Positions 47,781 through 58,051 of a DNA stretch of 63,264 nucleotides are shown piece by piece. The DNA lies in IMG/VR virus record IMGVR_UViG_3300036770_000545, positions 1-63,264 of that record, one strand, 5' to 3'. The translations under genes and the position numbers were made by a program. The notes under the pieces were generated by a model. It was not told where the DNA came from. It ran no database searches and saw only the letters and a list, made by a program, of their open reading frames with translations. Source of the DNA: a virus (Duplodnaviria > Caudoviricetes). Positions within the stretch are counted from its first letter, which is position 1; the number at the start of each line of letters is the position of its first letter.

Positions 47781-48245
47781 CTACGCCACCAATCCAGGGA
47801 GATACACAGTTTTACCATCTTTCTTAGTGGCTGTCAGCACCTCTTTCTTATTGTCTTCGGCCACATAACTCACGTGCACCCAGCCCGAATCGGGGATGCC
47901 AGGGGTGTAGAACTCTAGTATCAGTTGGCGGAATTCAAGGTTGTCCCGAATCCACTCAGCCAGTTCAGCGTTTGCCACGCCGGGAATCTCAATATCTGCT
48001 GCCTGCCCACGGGTATGATCCGAGTTGCGTGATCCACCAACCTTGGCATTAACGTCCGGATGCCTGTAGGCACTATTTACCTTAACGCCTTTACCGTAAT
48101 GGTCACGAACAGGCTGGAGCACCTTCTCAGCCAATAGTTGCAGTGCAGCAAGCTCCTGCTCTCCGGGGTTGTTCTCCAGTCCATGACGCAGCGCAGTCTC
48201 AGACTTGGTCATTTCAGCCAGGGTGAAGTTTTTGGTCAGGTTCAT
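47781..48245 (-). CDS. Endolysin, peptidase M15A family
   Basis: SAYR...NAKVGG..NSDH..GQAADI...WVHVS. Confidence 0.9.
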   Translation of the reverse strand: MNLTKNFTLAEMTKSETALRHGLENNPGEQELAALQLLAEKVLQPVRDHYGKGVKVNSAYRHPDVNAKVGGSRNSDHTRGQAADIEIPGVANAELAEWIRDNLEFRQLILEFYTPGIPDSGWVHVSYVAEDNKKEVLTATKKDGKTVYLPGLVA

Positions 48246-48679
48246 TTCTTGTCCAGAATCTCATCAAGTTGTTGGGATTTCTCCTTGGACCCAGCCGAGG
48301 AGCCGAAGTAGTAGCCAAGAATCATGGTCACGGACGAGGTTAGCGCACCCAGAATGTAGATCAGGATGTCTTTGGAGTCACCGTCTACATCCACAAAAAT
48401 GATGATGCCAAACAGGATGAAAGTCAGCACCACCGTACCCAGAGCCAGCACAGGGGTGACAATCTTGTTGAGCATGGGCGCTGCGCTGCTGGTGGCAATC
48501 TGAATCTCCCGGTCACGGGCAGACTGCATCTCTTTGACATGGGACTCCAACTGGGCCAGTTCGCCGCGCTGCGCCATCTCCATGAGTTTGGCCTGGGCTT
48601 CAGCCTTGGCGTTGGGGTCCGGCATGACCTTGTCGAGGACTTTCTCCCCGATGGACAGGATTGCTCCGAGTGGCAACAT
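48242..48679 (-). CDS. Holin-like membrane protein
   Basis: LDKVMPDP.AKAEAQ, two TM helices, YYFGSS; next to endolysin. Confidence 0.7.
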   Translation of the reverse strand: MLPLGAILSIGEKVLDKVMPDPNAKAEAQAKLMEMAQRGELAQLESHVKEMQSARDREIQIATSSAAPMLNKIVTPVLALGTVVLTFILFGIIIFVDVDGDSKDILIYILGALTSSVTMILGYYFGSSAGSKEKSQQLDEILDKK

Positions 48680-49038
48680 TATTCTTTCTCCTTTGTAGGA
48701 TTAAGTTTCTTCTCTACGCTTGAAAGGTCTGCGTCTTTTACCCACTTAGGTTTGTCTCCAGAGCCAACCCATTCTGAGTTCTTGGCAAGGTTAGCCGCTG
48801 CATACGCACCTTTACGGCCCACGATCCCGCCAACGGCTCCAATACACAAGAGCATCACATCTTTCATCATGGCTAGAAACTGAGCGTCCACAGGGGCAAT
48901 GCGCTCCATATCCTGCTCCACAAACATCACAGCAAGCAGGATGCAAATGACAGAGATCAGGAGAATCCCAGCCAGCACCAGGACAATCAACGCCCAGACA
49001 CGGACCTCAATTTCTTCAGTGGTAAGTTCTTTAAACAC
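48679..49038 (-). CDS. Two-TM membrane protein of lysis cassette
   Basis: GTG start at 49038; two hydrophobic helices. Confidence 0.6.
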   Translation of the reverse strand: MFKELTTEEIEVRVWALIVLVLAGILLISVICILLAVMFVEQDMERIAPVDAQFLAMMKDVMLLCIGAVGGIVGRKGAYAAANLAKNSEWVGSGDKPKWVKDADLSSVEKKLNPTKEKE

Positions 49039-49189
49039 GATACGGCTCCATCCATAAGCAGCGCCCGAGAGCGCCGGTCTTCTTTTGAATCTCAGCTTTG
49101 TGAATCTCGCATTCCTGCATGGTCTCAAAGGACTGGATAATCATGTGATCTGCACCAATCCAAACAAACAGGGCGTACATATAGACCAT
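49031..49189 (-). CDS. Small protein (52 aa; not in ORF track)
   Basis: TAATG coupling; MVYMYALFVWIG...FETMQEC...RC. Confidence 0.5.
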   Translation of the reverse strand: MVYMYALFVWIGADHMIIQSFETMQECEIHKAEIQKKTGALGRCLWMEPYRV

Positions 49190-49710
49190 TACAAACCCCT
49201 GTTAATAATCGCCATGACCGCTGCGTAGATCACCATGCCACCGATACCCAGGATGGTAATCCCACCAATCCACAGGATCAGGTTGTCCCAGAAAGCTTTC
49301 TCAGCAGCCTGTTGATCCTGAAGCATCTTGATACGGTCGGCCCGTATCTTGCGGCGCATGTTGCAGAACTTGGCATAGCCATCCATCCCACCAAAGCCGC
49401 CCTCCAGATTGCAGAAAGCACCGTAGAGGAACTCGTGGCGGATGTCCTTTTCCATCTGCATCAGCTTGTGCTCCGCCTCAAAAGCGTTAAACGCTTCCTG
49501 AGTGTCGCTGGAGAAGTCAAGCTTTTGGAAGATTTTTGGCTTCTTGGGCTTGTTCTTTTCCTTCTGGATGCACTGCTCTAGCTGATCGGCAACACCACAA
49601 TACTTGCTGAGTTGTGACCAAACGCCTTCAGCCTCGGCAGCAAACTCCGAAGCCTTCTTAATGCCAGACCAAATCGCACTCGCCGTAGCGAGGAGCGTAA
49701 TTGGATCCAT
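49189..49710 (-). CDS. C-terminally membrane-anchored protein
   Basis: MDPITLLATA, helical, C-terminal TM segment. Confidence 0.7.
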   Translation of the reverse strand: MDPITLLATASAIWSGIKKASEFAAEAEGVWSQLSKYCGVADQLEQCIQKEKNKPKKPKIFQKLDFSSDTQEAFNAFEAEHKLMQMEKDIRHEFLYGAFCNLEGGFGGMDGYAKFCNMRRKIRADRIKMLQDQQAAEKAFWDNLILWIGGITILGIGGMVIYAAVMAIINRGL

Positions 49711-50826
49711 TTACTTCCCCCAAAAATCAAAAAACAACCAAAACCTTCTTTTTAGATAGCCGTGACCTGTAAACCCATCCCATGTATCACCAATAAAAAG
49801 ATCAGCCAGATCGTCTTTTGTATTTATCTTTACGTGGTCGAACTTCTTATACTTTTCAAACCGTTCTTTGTCCTTTGCGGTAACAGCAACCAGTACTTTT
49901 TGTGTCTTCCAGCCCAAGTAGTGCATTCCAAGCCAACGTGCTTGGCCGGGCTCTATGCGCCACCGATTGTTCTCCCACAAGCCAATGTTAGGGTTGATCT
50001 GACCTTTGTCTTGTAGCGTTTCAAAAACAGTGTAACCGCGACGATTGCCCCAGTCTATAAGCTTGTGGTCAAACGCATGTGGATCGTCAAGTCTTGGATC
50101 CCCCAATTCAATCCCAGGAATCATCATTTCATACAAAGGCATCTCTGGAAAGTAGTAGAAGTCTACCCACTCGTCTTCTAACAATTCATCTTTGTATTTA
50201 GTCCAGTCAGCATCCAGTTCTGTATGGATTCCGTGCCAAGGACCTCCGTTCGTGTAATGTATCCCTATTGCATCAGGGTTTGGTTCGTATTCACCAACCA
50301 AGTGATTCCATTTTTTATCTAACGCAGAAGGAGAGGCCCATTCAAACTGATGCAAAAAAGATGGCGTCGAAGTGTTTACAACATCCACACCCAAAACTTT
50401 TTTAGCTTTTTCGTTGTTAAACACCATGAACGATGACCAGTTCTTTTTTGGGTATACGTGCTGTGTTTCACCGTTCATCTTTGTTTTTTGTTTTGGCACG
50501 TAGTCATGCTGAACACAAGACACAATAGCTTCTGGGTCGATTTCGTTTAATACTTTAGACACGTCATCCTTGAACACAAAGTCCCCATCACAAAATATTG
50601 AGTACTTTGCAGCAGAAAGACTTGGCACCAAGAATCGAGTCAAACTAAACTCTGTCGAAGCTTTTTCGTCTGGCGGTCTGTAATAAAAATTGTTAGACCG
50701 CAGTACTTCTTGGTTTACAAACTTTAGTCGAAGACTTTTATTGTGAGAGTAAATTGATTGGGCGCACACATAACAAGCACCTCTCTCACGTGAGTCATAC
50801 CCAATAAAAACCTCAACATCAGCCAT
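49711..50826 (-). CDS. Glycosyltransferase (GT-A, GT8-like) with extra C-terminal domain
   Basis: VFIGYDSRE, STEFSLTRFLVP, DGD, KNWSS, WNHL, HYTNGGPW. Confidence 0.85.
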   Translation of the reverse strand: MADVEVFIGYDSRERGACYVCAQSIYSHNKSLRLKFVNQEVLRSNNFYYRPPDEKASTEFSLTRFLVPSLSAAKYSIFCDGDFVFKDDVSKVLNEIDPEAIVSCVQHDYVPKQKTKMNGETQHVYPKKNWSSFMVFNNEKAKKVLGVDVVNTSTPSFLHQFEWASPSALDKKWNHLVGEYEPNPDAIGIHYTNGGPWHGIHTELDADWTKYKDELLEDEWVDFYYFPEMPLYEMMIPGIELGDPRLDDPHAFDHKLIDWGNRRGYTVFETLQDKGQINPNIGLWENNRWRIEPGQARWLGMHYLGWKTQKVLVAVTAKDKERFEKYKKFDHVKINTKDDLADLFIGDTWDGFTGHGYLKRRFWLFFDFWGK

Positions 50827-51259
50827 TTGCAGGTGGAGTTGGCCATTCAACGTTATAAGGAAAACCTGCTTGTTGAGGTATGTTCCTCAATGCCTCTCTG
50901 TATGAAGCCCAAGGCGTAGAAACATTTTCTGAAATGTCTTTCCCTTGCGTCCAGTCAGATTCCCTTAATAACGTATCTCTGGCAAAACGGACGTGCTCTT
51001 CTGCTTGCTCGCGTGGTTTGTCAACCGAACGCCAGACCTGTACCCAACCACTAGAGGTATTCTCAACAGTAAATTCCAGGCTTTTAACCTTTTTGTCCAC
51101 TTGAGGTGGCGAGGTCTCAGTAACTTTAAAAACTCCGTTACTTTCTAAAAGTTCATTTGGTAGTTCTTTTGGAAGTGACGTGTTTGGGTATTGTTTTCTA
51201 ATTTTATTTACATCATAAAATTTTTCAACAATCACTCCGTTTTCTATTTTAATGTACAT
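50819..51259 (-). CDS. Tail fibre assembly chaperone
   Basis: RDTLLRESDWTQ...WASYREALRNIPQQAGFP..VEWP. Confidence 0.85.
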   Translation of the reverse strand: MYIKIENGVIVEKFYDVNKIRKQYPNTSLPKELPNELLESNGVFKVTETSPPQVDKKVKSLEFTVENTSSGWVQVWRSVDKPREQAEEHVRFARDTLLRESDWTQGKDISENVSTPWASYREALRNIPQQAGFPYNVEWPTPPANG

Positions 51260-51271
51260 ACTCAGCTCCAA

Positions 51272-52909
51272 CTAAGTAAAATCGTATCCAAGAAATGACT
51301 GTCTAACCAATCCAACTGCCCATAACCTTAATCCGTCATCTTTTATGTATATACCATACGGAATACTTTCGGCTGGCAATGAAGAGCCAACTTTTTCATA
51401 GCTTGCAGTAGTTACGTCCCACGCAGTTCCTAATGCGTATTGAAAAAAACTTCCGTTGCCGTTTAAGTACATTTTAGTACCGTCTGGTTTAAAAAAACAG
51501 TTATATGGTGTGCCTGTTTGGGAAGCTATTGAAACAAACCCATAAAAAGATGCTGTCGCTATGCTCCAAGGAGTGGAGCAATTGTATTGATAAACCCTAT
51601 CGTTTTGTTGGCCTGGAACATAAAAACTTGTTCCATCTGGTTTAAAATAAAGTCCAAAGGGATTGGTATCTTGAGATACCAATGAAAAACTTGTGACTAA
51701 AGATATTGTAGACACATTCCACGCAGTAGATAAATTGTACTCATAAATAGAGTCGCCTACACTACTTACAAAATACATTTTTGTGCCATCAGTTTTAAAA
51801 GACAAGCCACGACGTTGAGAAGCAGCTACAGCAGGACTTTCTTGCACAAAAGAACAGGTATGAACTTCCCATGCTGTTGATAGCGTGTATTCAAATATGC
51901 CAACACCAGATACGCCCCCTAAATAAACTTTAGTTCCGTCCGGCTTAAAAAACATACAAGCTGGTTGATTACTAACCTGAGCAGCTATATTAAAATAATT
52001 TGTTGTGGGCAAAATAAATGTACCTGTTGCCGCGCTCCAAGCAACTGTCATTTGAGACCTATAACCACCACCTCTTGTTCTATCTATAAAAAAGGTATTA
52101 AGACCATCGTTACTAATAAAGGGTGACGAAGTTGAAACGTTTAAACTCACCCCACTTGGGAAATATTGATAAGAAGTAGACGTATAAGAAAGAGTCGATA
52201 CATTCCATGCTGTACCAACTGCGTACTCATAATAAATTCCATTGGTACCAGACATAAAAAATTTAGTACCGTCTGGTTTAAATTGAGCTTGAAGTGGTGT
52301 AGTTATAGCGTTAAGTGCAAAACTCAAGCCCGTGTATGACATAGTAGAGATGTCAAAGGCTGTAGAAAGGTTGTATTGAAATACCGACCCACTTCCAACA
52401 ACGTAAATAACAGTCCCATCTGGTTTGAAATATATACTGCTAGTGGACGTAGTTTGTGCAGCAGTCGAAAACGATGTACCGCTATAAGATAGTGTACTTA
52501 AAGAGTATGGAGTACTAAGATTAAATGAATATAAAGTACCACCAGTGTTAAGAACAATAATTTTAGTACCATCGCTATTCACAGAGCATGAGTAAGCGGT
52601 AGTTGTTACTGTATTTATACTTGTTGAAAGGACAAGACTAGATGTAGTTCCATCGTAAGGTGTGGACAAAGAGAACTCTACTAAATTACTAGCGGAACTA
52701 AATCCAGATGTAGCCATATACATTTTAGAGCCATCTGAAGTCATAAAAACCCCACTTCTTTGGCCCTGAACACCGCCTGGGAAATTAAAATTTACTGGAG
52801 ACCCGCCGTAAGTAAGCCCAGCTATGTCCCACGGAGTAGCTGGAGGGGGTGGTGGTGGCGGTTCTACATCAACGCCAGCAGCAGCTTGAATAATGTCTCT
52901 TACGCTCAT
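51272..52909 (-). CDS. Beta-propeller receptor-binding/tail protein
   Basis: Repeated FKPDGTK.Y...EY.LSTAWDVST blades; Ser/Thr-rich. Confidence 0.75.
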   Translation of the reverse strand: MSVRDIIQAAAGVDVEPPPPPPPATPWDIAGLTYGGSPVNFNFPGGVQGQRSGVFMTSDGSKMYMATSGFSSASNLVEFSLSTPYDGTTSSLVLSTSINTVTTTAYSCSVNSDGTKIIVLNTGGTLYSFNLSTPYSLSTLSYSGTSFSTAAQTTSTSSIYFKPDGTVIYVVGSGSVFQYNLSTAFDISTMSYTGLSFALNAITTPLQAQFKPDGTKFFMSGTNGIYYEYAVGTAWNVSTLSYTSTSYQYFPSGVSLNVSTSSPFISNDGLNTFFIDRTRGGGYRSQMTVAWSAATGTFILPTTNYFNIAAQVSNQPACMFFKPDGTKVYLGGVSGVGIFEYTLSTAWEVHTCSFVQESPAVAASQRRGLSFKTDGTKMYFVSSVGDSIYEYNLSTAWNVSTISLVTSFSLVSQDTNPFGLYFKPDGTSFYVPGQQNDRVYQYNCSTPWSIATASFYGFVSIASQTGTPYNCFFKPDGTKMYLNGNGSFFQYALGTAWDVTTASYEKVGSSLPAESIPYGIYIKDDGLRLWAVGLVRQSFLGYDFT

Positions 52910-54030
52910 TACGGTGCCTTAATGTCTAAAGCTAAAAGAAGACCGCGCCAAGTAGTACCACCATTAATGGTAAAAAAAGCAAGAATATCTGTTCCAGAAG
53001 ACGTCAGCGTTGGAGCGGTTCCACCAGCCCACGTAACTCCAGAAAAATAATTTACCGTATAAGCTCCCGCGTTAGTCAAAATTAAAACAAAAGCAGCAAC
53101 ATCCCCACTAGAAGCAACGTTTGAAACAGTAAATGTTGTTGTTCCAGAAATGGTTTTAGTGAAGTAGTTTCCGGCGGACAGATCAATATCTGACGCTGAT
53201 ACCGCAGTGCTTTTTTCCCTCAGCCCTGTGATCGTCGGAGTTGTACTAAAAACCGCCAGCCCAGATCCGGTCTCATCAGTGAGCGCTGCGGCAAGGTTGG
53301 CAGAGGAAGGAGTTCCAAGCCATGTTGCTACACCCGTACCAAAAGATGTAATCCCAGTACCACCATTAGCTACCGGAAGTGTCCCAGTAACATTTGTGGC
53401 GAGGTTAACAAAAGTGGTGGATGTGCTTCCAGTTCCTCCGTTAGCAATTGGGAGAGTACCAGTGACATTAGTGGCAAGGTCAACAAACGTAGTTGAGGTA
53501 CTGCCAGTACCGCCGTTAGCAATTGGAAGGGTTCCAGTAACGTTGGTCGCAAGATTGACAAACGTCGTAGATGTACTTCCAGTACCTCCGGATGTGACCG
53601 GAAGGGCTGTTCCCAAAGCTAAAGATGGGATGTAATCTACGGCTGTTACGACATCTGTACCGTTGTTGTAGACCAAAGTTGTCTTGCCAACCGGAATCGC
53701 TACACCCGTCTGTCCAGACACCTTGATCGTAACGACTTGGTCTGAGCCATTCTTGACGATGTAGTTCTTCTCAATGGCGGGAACTTCAAGAGTCGCTGCG
53801 CCACCAGGGGTTCCACTAAGGTTAAGGTACAGAGCCCGAGCATCCTGTGCTGCGTTGGTATCTGTGAGTGTCAGAGTGACCGTGGTGCTGGACATCGTAA
53901 CGTCCGCTTTGCCAACAATCGCCTGCTCAAGAGCGGTCCCGAGGTTGGTGTTGGTAGTAACGCCCCAAGTACCGGCCTGTTCGCCAGTCCCAATTAGCTC
54001 AATTTTTAAATCTGAATACGTACTTGCCAT
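52909..54030 (-). CDS. Tail fibre protein
   Basis: MASTYSDLKIELIGTGEQAGTWG..TNTN N-terminus, LPIANGGTG repeats, WAGGTAPTLT..GTDIL C-terminus. Confidence 0.85.
   Translation of the reverse strand: MASTYSDLKIELIGTGEQAGTWGVTTNTNLGTALEQAIVGKADVTMSSTTVTLTLTDTNAAQDARALYLNLSGTPGGAATLEVPAIEKNYIVKNGSDQVVTIKVSGQTGVAIPVGKTTLVYNNGTDVVTAVDYIPSLALGTALPVTSGGTGSTSTTFVNLATNVTGTLPIANGGTGSTSTTFVDLATNVTGTLPIANGGTGSTSTTFVNLATNVTGTLPVANGGTGITSFGTGVATWLGTPSSANLAAALTDETGSGLAVFSTTPTITGLREKSTAVSASDIDLSAGNYFTKTISGTTTFTVSNVASSGDVAAFVLILTNAGAYTVNYFSGVTWAGGTAPTLTSSGTDILAFFTINGGTTWRGLLLALDIKAP
53355..53604. repeat. 75-bp (25-aa) tandem repeats in tail fibre
   Basis: LP[VI]xxGGTGSTSTTFV[ND]LATNVTGT x3 plus a partial fourth; synonymously diverged DNA. 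Confidence 0.9.
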
Positions 54031-54041
54031 CTCAGGCTCCT

Positions 54042-55019
54042 TTATGCTGCTATAAGCTGCCAGTTGGGAGTTTGACTATCGCCAATATTAACCCAATTTG
54101 GGTTCTGACTGTCATCAATATCTGTCCAATTGGGATTCTTAACAATCGGTGTCCCACCGACCAAAACAAGTTGACTCGTTGCGGGAGTAATAACCCTTGT
54201 TTGCACCGGGCTTGGTGCTTGTGAAACTAAACTTAACGCCCCTGTTGTTGGTACTTTTACAAGCCCGCTTACCACTACGCTTGGAGCACTACCAACTAAT
54301 ACTGCCCCACCGGTTGGCGTTAAAACTTCACCTGTCGATGAAGTCGGGGCATAACCAACAACATCTATCGCACCTGTCGCGGGAAATATTGCTGAATCTA
54401 ATTCAGGAGCGTTTCCAACAACGTTTAAAGATCCAACATCCGGCGTTATTACTCGGCCATCTACTACTTCAGGCGCTGCTCCAGCAAGGATCAGATCCTG
54501 TGTTTGCGGCGTAAAAATAGCGCTTTGTTCTACTACCGGCAAATTTCCAGCTAGTGTTAAATCATTTGCTGCTGGAGTTACAAAAAAGTCTATTCTTACT
54601 TCTGAAACTTGACCGACTACACTAATTGCTCCTGAACTAACTGTTATGCCAGTTACAAGAACGCTTGGGACACCACCAATTACAGTTACGCCACCTGTCG
54701 GTATAGCACCGGAATCAATAGTTGGAGAATTGCCAACAAAAACAACATCATTAACCGCTGGGGTTACAAAAAAGTCTGTCCGTACTTCTGAAACTTGACC
54801 GACTATTCCTACTACTCCAACACCCGGAGTAATGTTTATGCCAGTTACGATTACGCTCGGCGCTGATCCAACTAATACTGCACCACCGCTAGGTACGGCA
54901 CCTGTATCAATGGTTGGGGCATTACCAGCAGCTAAAATAGCTCCGGTACCGGGTACAATTACTCCCTCTGATCCCCAGCCCCCTATACCATAGGGGACTA
55001 TTCCCCAGCCAAGGGCCAT
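54042..55019 (-). CDS. Val/Gly/Thr/Pro-rich repetitive virion protein
   Basis: Internal repeats PTGG.VLVGSAPSV and VGQVSEVR.DFFVTPA; Trp-containing repeats at both termini. Confidence 0.7.
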   Translation of the reverse strand: MALGWGIVPYGIGGWGSEGVIVPGTGAILAAGNAPTIDTGAVPSGGAVLVGSAPSVIVTGINITPGVGVVGIVGQVSEVRTDFFVTPAVNDVVFVGNSPTIDSGAIPTGGVTVIGGVPSVLVTGITVSSGAISVVGQVSEVRIDFFVTPAANDLTLAGNLPVVEQSAIFTPQTQDLILAGAAPEVVDGRVITPDVGSLNVVGNAPELDSAIFPATGAIDVVGYAPTSSTGEVLTPTGGAVLVGSAPSVVVSGLVKVPTTGALSLVSQAPSPVQTRVITPATSQLVLVGGTPIVKNPNWTDIDDSQNPNWVNIGDSQTPNWQLIAA

Positions 55020-55020
55020 A

Positions 55021-55467
55021 TCAGGTCAGGGTAAAGACACCAGTGGCAGCAGGAAGAACCGTCAAAGTATTTGGTGATGCCACCGTAAATTGAGTAGAAC
55101 TTAACTGGCAGAAGCAAAGAAGCTTGCCGCCGGACTGGTAAACCACCGCGTACTTGATGTTGTTCAAAGAAGCGCCCGAGGCAGTAAACGTCAAACCTAC
55201 GGTCGAATATGTAAACTTCATCTGCTTGGCAGACGCACCTACTGTCCACTGTCCTGTTGCAGGAGGAAGCAATTTACCACCAGTAACATATCCGCCAGTA
55301 GCAGAAATTTCACTGGTCAGGGAAGCGAAGGTGCTAAGGGTAAACGTGGAGGCATTACTAGCACTGGTAAACAGAGCCATTTTAAAGTTGCCCACACCGA
55401 GTTCAATGGTGCCATTACCGATGTAACGCTTGCCATTGTTATAAAGTTGCCATGCTGAAGCAGCCAT
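55021..55467 (-). CDS. Virion structural protein (paralogue of 56338-56748)
   Basis: FKMALFT, EISATGGYVTGG. Confidence 0.7.
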   Translation of the reverse strand: MAASAWQLYNNGKRYIGNGTIELGVGNFKMALFTSASNASTFTLSTFASLTSEISATGGYVTGGKLLPPATGQWTVGASAKQMKFTYSTVGLTFTASGASLNNIKYAVVYQSGGKLLCFCQLSSTQFTVASPNTLTVLPAATGVFTLT

Positions 55468-55468
55468 T

Positions 55469-56338
55469 TTAAATCTCCTCTAAAGCAGCGCGTTGGGCGC
55501 CAGATTCCAAAATTTGACGGAGTAACCCGCCGTAGATTTCCAACTCCATTACATCACCCATACAACCGATTAAGTCTATAAACTCCCGGGCTTGGGAAAC
55601 CATCCACGGATTACACTTAAACTCTTTGCCGCCTACCCGCACGGGCATGACTAATTGATCGTCATTTTCCTGCTGCTCATAAGCGTGGTGCGCCCCATCT
55701 TCTAGGCATGAATCACAGCCAAAAATATGGAAACGTTTGAATCCCAACATTCTAAACAAAGGGATGGCCCGTAACAAGACTGTCGAGCCACCGGGTACCG
55801 GATAACATTTTGGATAAACCTCCTGCAACAGATCCTGAATTTCTTCTGCGCTGGTATGCCAAATGTAAGTCTGGTCCCGAACCCCATCTAAAGCTTCAAA
55901 TACCGAGGTATCGCATTGCGATGCAATAAAGTACTTGCACTCTGGAATCGTGTTTTGCACGAACCGAATATTGAACGGACGGGCGTCAACCATGACGTAA
56001 GCAGACGGTTTGATGTCGTGATCCAAACAATACTGGTAAGCATTGTTCAAACAGACCAACTTAACGCCCTGCTCCCTGAGCCTGCGAATTGCTGGAATCT
56101 GGCTCTTCAACGATGGGCCACCGCCAACAAGCATCACCTCTACGTCGTTTGTCGGGTGGGGCTGAATCTGCTGAAATCCAAGACGGATGTTGTGCTTGAC
56201 GTTTGCCAACACCGTATCCAATCCAGCGTTCAACTCGCCCTTCATCTCCACTTCTTCGGCTGCAACCCAGACTTCCTCTTTAGGAATAATCGGGGCTATG
56301 ACAACCGTAGGAGGCTCTGAGCTAATGCTTGAGAACAT
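55469..56338 (-). CDS. DUF115/Maf-like (MptE-like) putative glycosyltransferase
   Basis: LVGGGPSL, LNNA, MVDA, GGSTV, LGFKRFHIFGCDS. Confidence 0.8.
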   Translation of the reverse strand: MFSSISSEPPTVVIAPIIPKEEVWVAAEEVEMKGELNAGLDTVLANVKHNIRLGFQQIQPHPTNDVEVMLVGGGPSLKSQIPAIRRLREQGVKLVCLNNAYQYCLDHDIKPSAYVMVDARPFNIRFVQNTIPECKYFIASQCDTSVFEALDGVRDQTYIWHTSAEEIQDLLQEVYPKCYPVPGGSTVLLRAIPLFRMLGFKRFHIFGCDSCLEDGAHHAYEQQENDDQLVMPVRVGGKEFKCNPWMVSQAREFIDLIGCMGDVMELEIYGGLLRQILESGAQRAALEEI

Positions 56339-56748
56339 TACGCGACCCTTATTATTGCGCTGGTGGATGTTGCTGGCGGGAACTGAACCTCAAACGTCGT
56401 AACCGATGTTTTGTCAGATCCAAAGTCCAAAACACAAATTGCACCGTTTGCGCCCGCCTTGTAGATCAATGCGCCACGAGCAGTAAATGCACCAGACCAA
56501 CTCGTGTTGGCAAAGGTCACGATTGCAACGTTGTTTGAAAGAGAAACCGTCGGTGTCAGCGTATTGCCACCGGCTGTATAACCAGTCGCAGAAACTTCAC
56601 CAGTTGTCGTGTATTCAGTTGTGGAAGCGTCCAGAGTAACCGTGTTTGTATACAGGGCAATCTTGATGGTGTCTGCTGACAAATCAAAGTCACCATTGAG
56701 CAAGCCTGTTTTAAAGACGTTGCAAGTGTAGTTGCCAGTAAATGCCAT
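56338..56748 (-). CDS. Virion structural protein
   Basis: FKTGLL.G.FD, IKIALYT, EVSATGYTAGG, ARGALIY, VLDFGSDKT. Confidence 0.75.
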   Translation of the reverse strand: MAFTGNYTCNVFKTGLLNGDFDLSADTIKIALYTNTVTLDASTTEYTTTGEVSATGYTAGGNTLTPTVSLSNNVAIVTFANTSWSGAFTARGALIYKAGANGAICVLDFGSDKTSVTTFEVQFPPATSTSAIIRVA

Positions 56749-57417
56749 TTAGTTCACCGTCAATCGTACTTGACCAGACCTGTAGGCATCTCTGCGCTCC
56801 ATTCCGTCGCCCATCCGCTTGGCAAGGATCATTGCCTCTTCATAGCGCTTGTTGTAGTTAGCAATCATGTCAGGCTCAGCCTTCATAAACACAGCCGCTT
56901 CGCAAAGAGCGCCGTACAGAAGGGCCATATCAAAGTTATTGCCAAGCCATGTTTCACCGCCAGAAACCGTCGTAATCGACTCTGGATAGTAGAAGTAGTG
57001 AAGCTCAAATGTGTAGTTACTTGCCGGAGTAGGGCCAAGGATGAAAGTATTGTCGTCAAACAAGGCGTAATACTTTGGAGATCCAGTTGATGTTGGCGTC
57101 GGATAAGCAGCCCGGATAAAGTTTACGTCTTTGTTTAGCAGGAACTCGTACTCACCCGTTGTTGGGTCGATCACTGCTAGAGAGTAAACAGCCAGAAAAT
57201 CTCCTGGCATTCCAAGATACTTATTACTAGCGCTGCCCGTTCCAGTTACGTTCTTTCGAAAGTTGGGGAACTGAACACTGTTATAAATCCGCTCTTCTGC
57301 TTGCTTGATGAACGTATCAACCTGTTCGTCGGACGTAAGCCCACCCGACCCCACCGTATTGGGGAAGTCGTTTTCCGAGTAGGCCCGGATGGTTGCGCGA
57401 AGAGTCGTAAGATTCAC
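56749..57417 (-). CDS. Putative head-tail adaptor
   Basis: FIKQAEERI, G.PKYYA, LGPTP, LLYGAL.EA. Confidence 0.7.
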   Translation of the reverse strand: MNLTTLRATIRAYSENDFPNTVGSGGLTSDEQVDTFIKQAEERIYNSVQFPNFRKNVTGTGSASNKYLGMPGDFLAVYSLAVIDPTTGEYEFLLNKDVNFIRAAYPTPTSTGSPKYYALFDDNTFILGPTPASNYTFELHYFYYPESITTVSGGETWLGNNFDMALLYGALCEAAVFMKAEPDMIANYNKRYEEAMILAKRMGDGMERRDAYRSGQVRLTVN

Positions 57418-57420
57418 AAC

Positions 57421-57618
57421 TTAACCCATCTTTGTAGAAGCGCCGCAACCTTTTGTTGCAGCACCGCACCCACGTACTTTGACAGTCTGGGTGTTCTTGA
57501 TGTCGTTGGGGTATCCATTGTTGCCGGTGTCACCAGTGTACGTTTTGGTTTGGGCGTACTTATTGCAAGGATCTTTGGTATCAGCCGGGAAAAAATCAAA
57601 TTTATCTGGGGCGCTCAT
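57421..57618 (-). CDS. Small protein
   Basis: AAGGAG SD; KVRGCGAATKG motif. Confidence 0.65.
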   Translation of the reverse strand: MSAPDKFDFFPADTKDPCNKYAQTKTYTGDTGNNGYPNDIKNTQTVKVRGCGAATKGCGASTKMG

Positions 57619-57628
57619 GTTTAGCTCC

Positions 57629-58051
57629 TTAAGTTACTGCTACGGTCACGGTGCCAAGCGATACGCCCAGCGCCAAGTTATTTGGGGTTAGTCCTGCGTC
57701 ATCAGCCCTAGAGCCTCCAACCGGAGCCCATCCCCATTGAATGATTCTACTACCGCCGGAGGGATCTCCGCTACCTAGCGGGCCGCTTCCAGACTCAATT
57801 TGTAAGCCGGTATAACCAGCCTGTGTATACGTTGTATCTGGCCTTGGATTCCTCAAAGCCTGGGGATCATCTACCGGATACATCCCCAACTGCAACTGCG
57901 GCTGATCTGGTTCCCAACAAGTGGGGCAAACCAAAATGTTTGTGTTCTTCGTCTTGATGACGATTTCTTTTAAAAGCTTTAGCTTGTATTGAAAGCCACA
58001 CCTATCGCATTCCGATATGGCCCACTTGCCGGATGCGAAGTTATTGGGCAT
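57629..58051 (-). CDS. Zn-ribbon-like virion-module protein
   Basis: CDRCG...CPTCWEPDQPQL...DPQALRNPRPD. Confidence 0.75.
   Translation of the reverse strand: MPNNFASGKWAISECDRCGFQYKLKLLKEIVIKTKNTNILVCPTCWEPDQPQLQLGMYPVDDPQALRNPRPDTTYTQAGYTGLQIESGSGPLGSGDPSGGSRIIQWGWAPVGGSRADDAGLTPNNLALGVSLGTVTVAVT

Noticed and set aside
51272-54030. Diversity-generating retroelement or invertible fibre cassette
   Set aside because: No reverse transcriptase or invertase; repeats are in-frame protein repeats without adenine-specific variation
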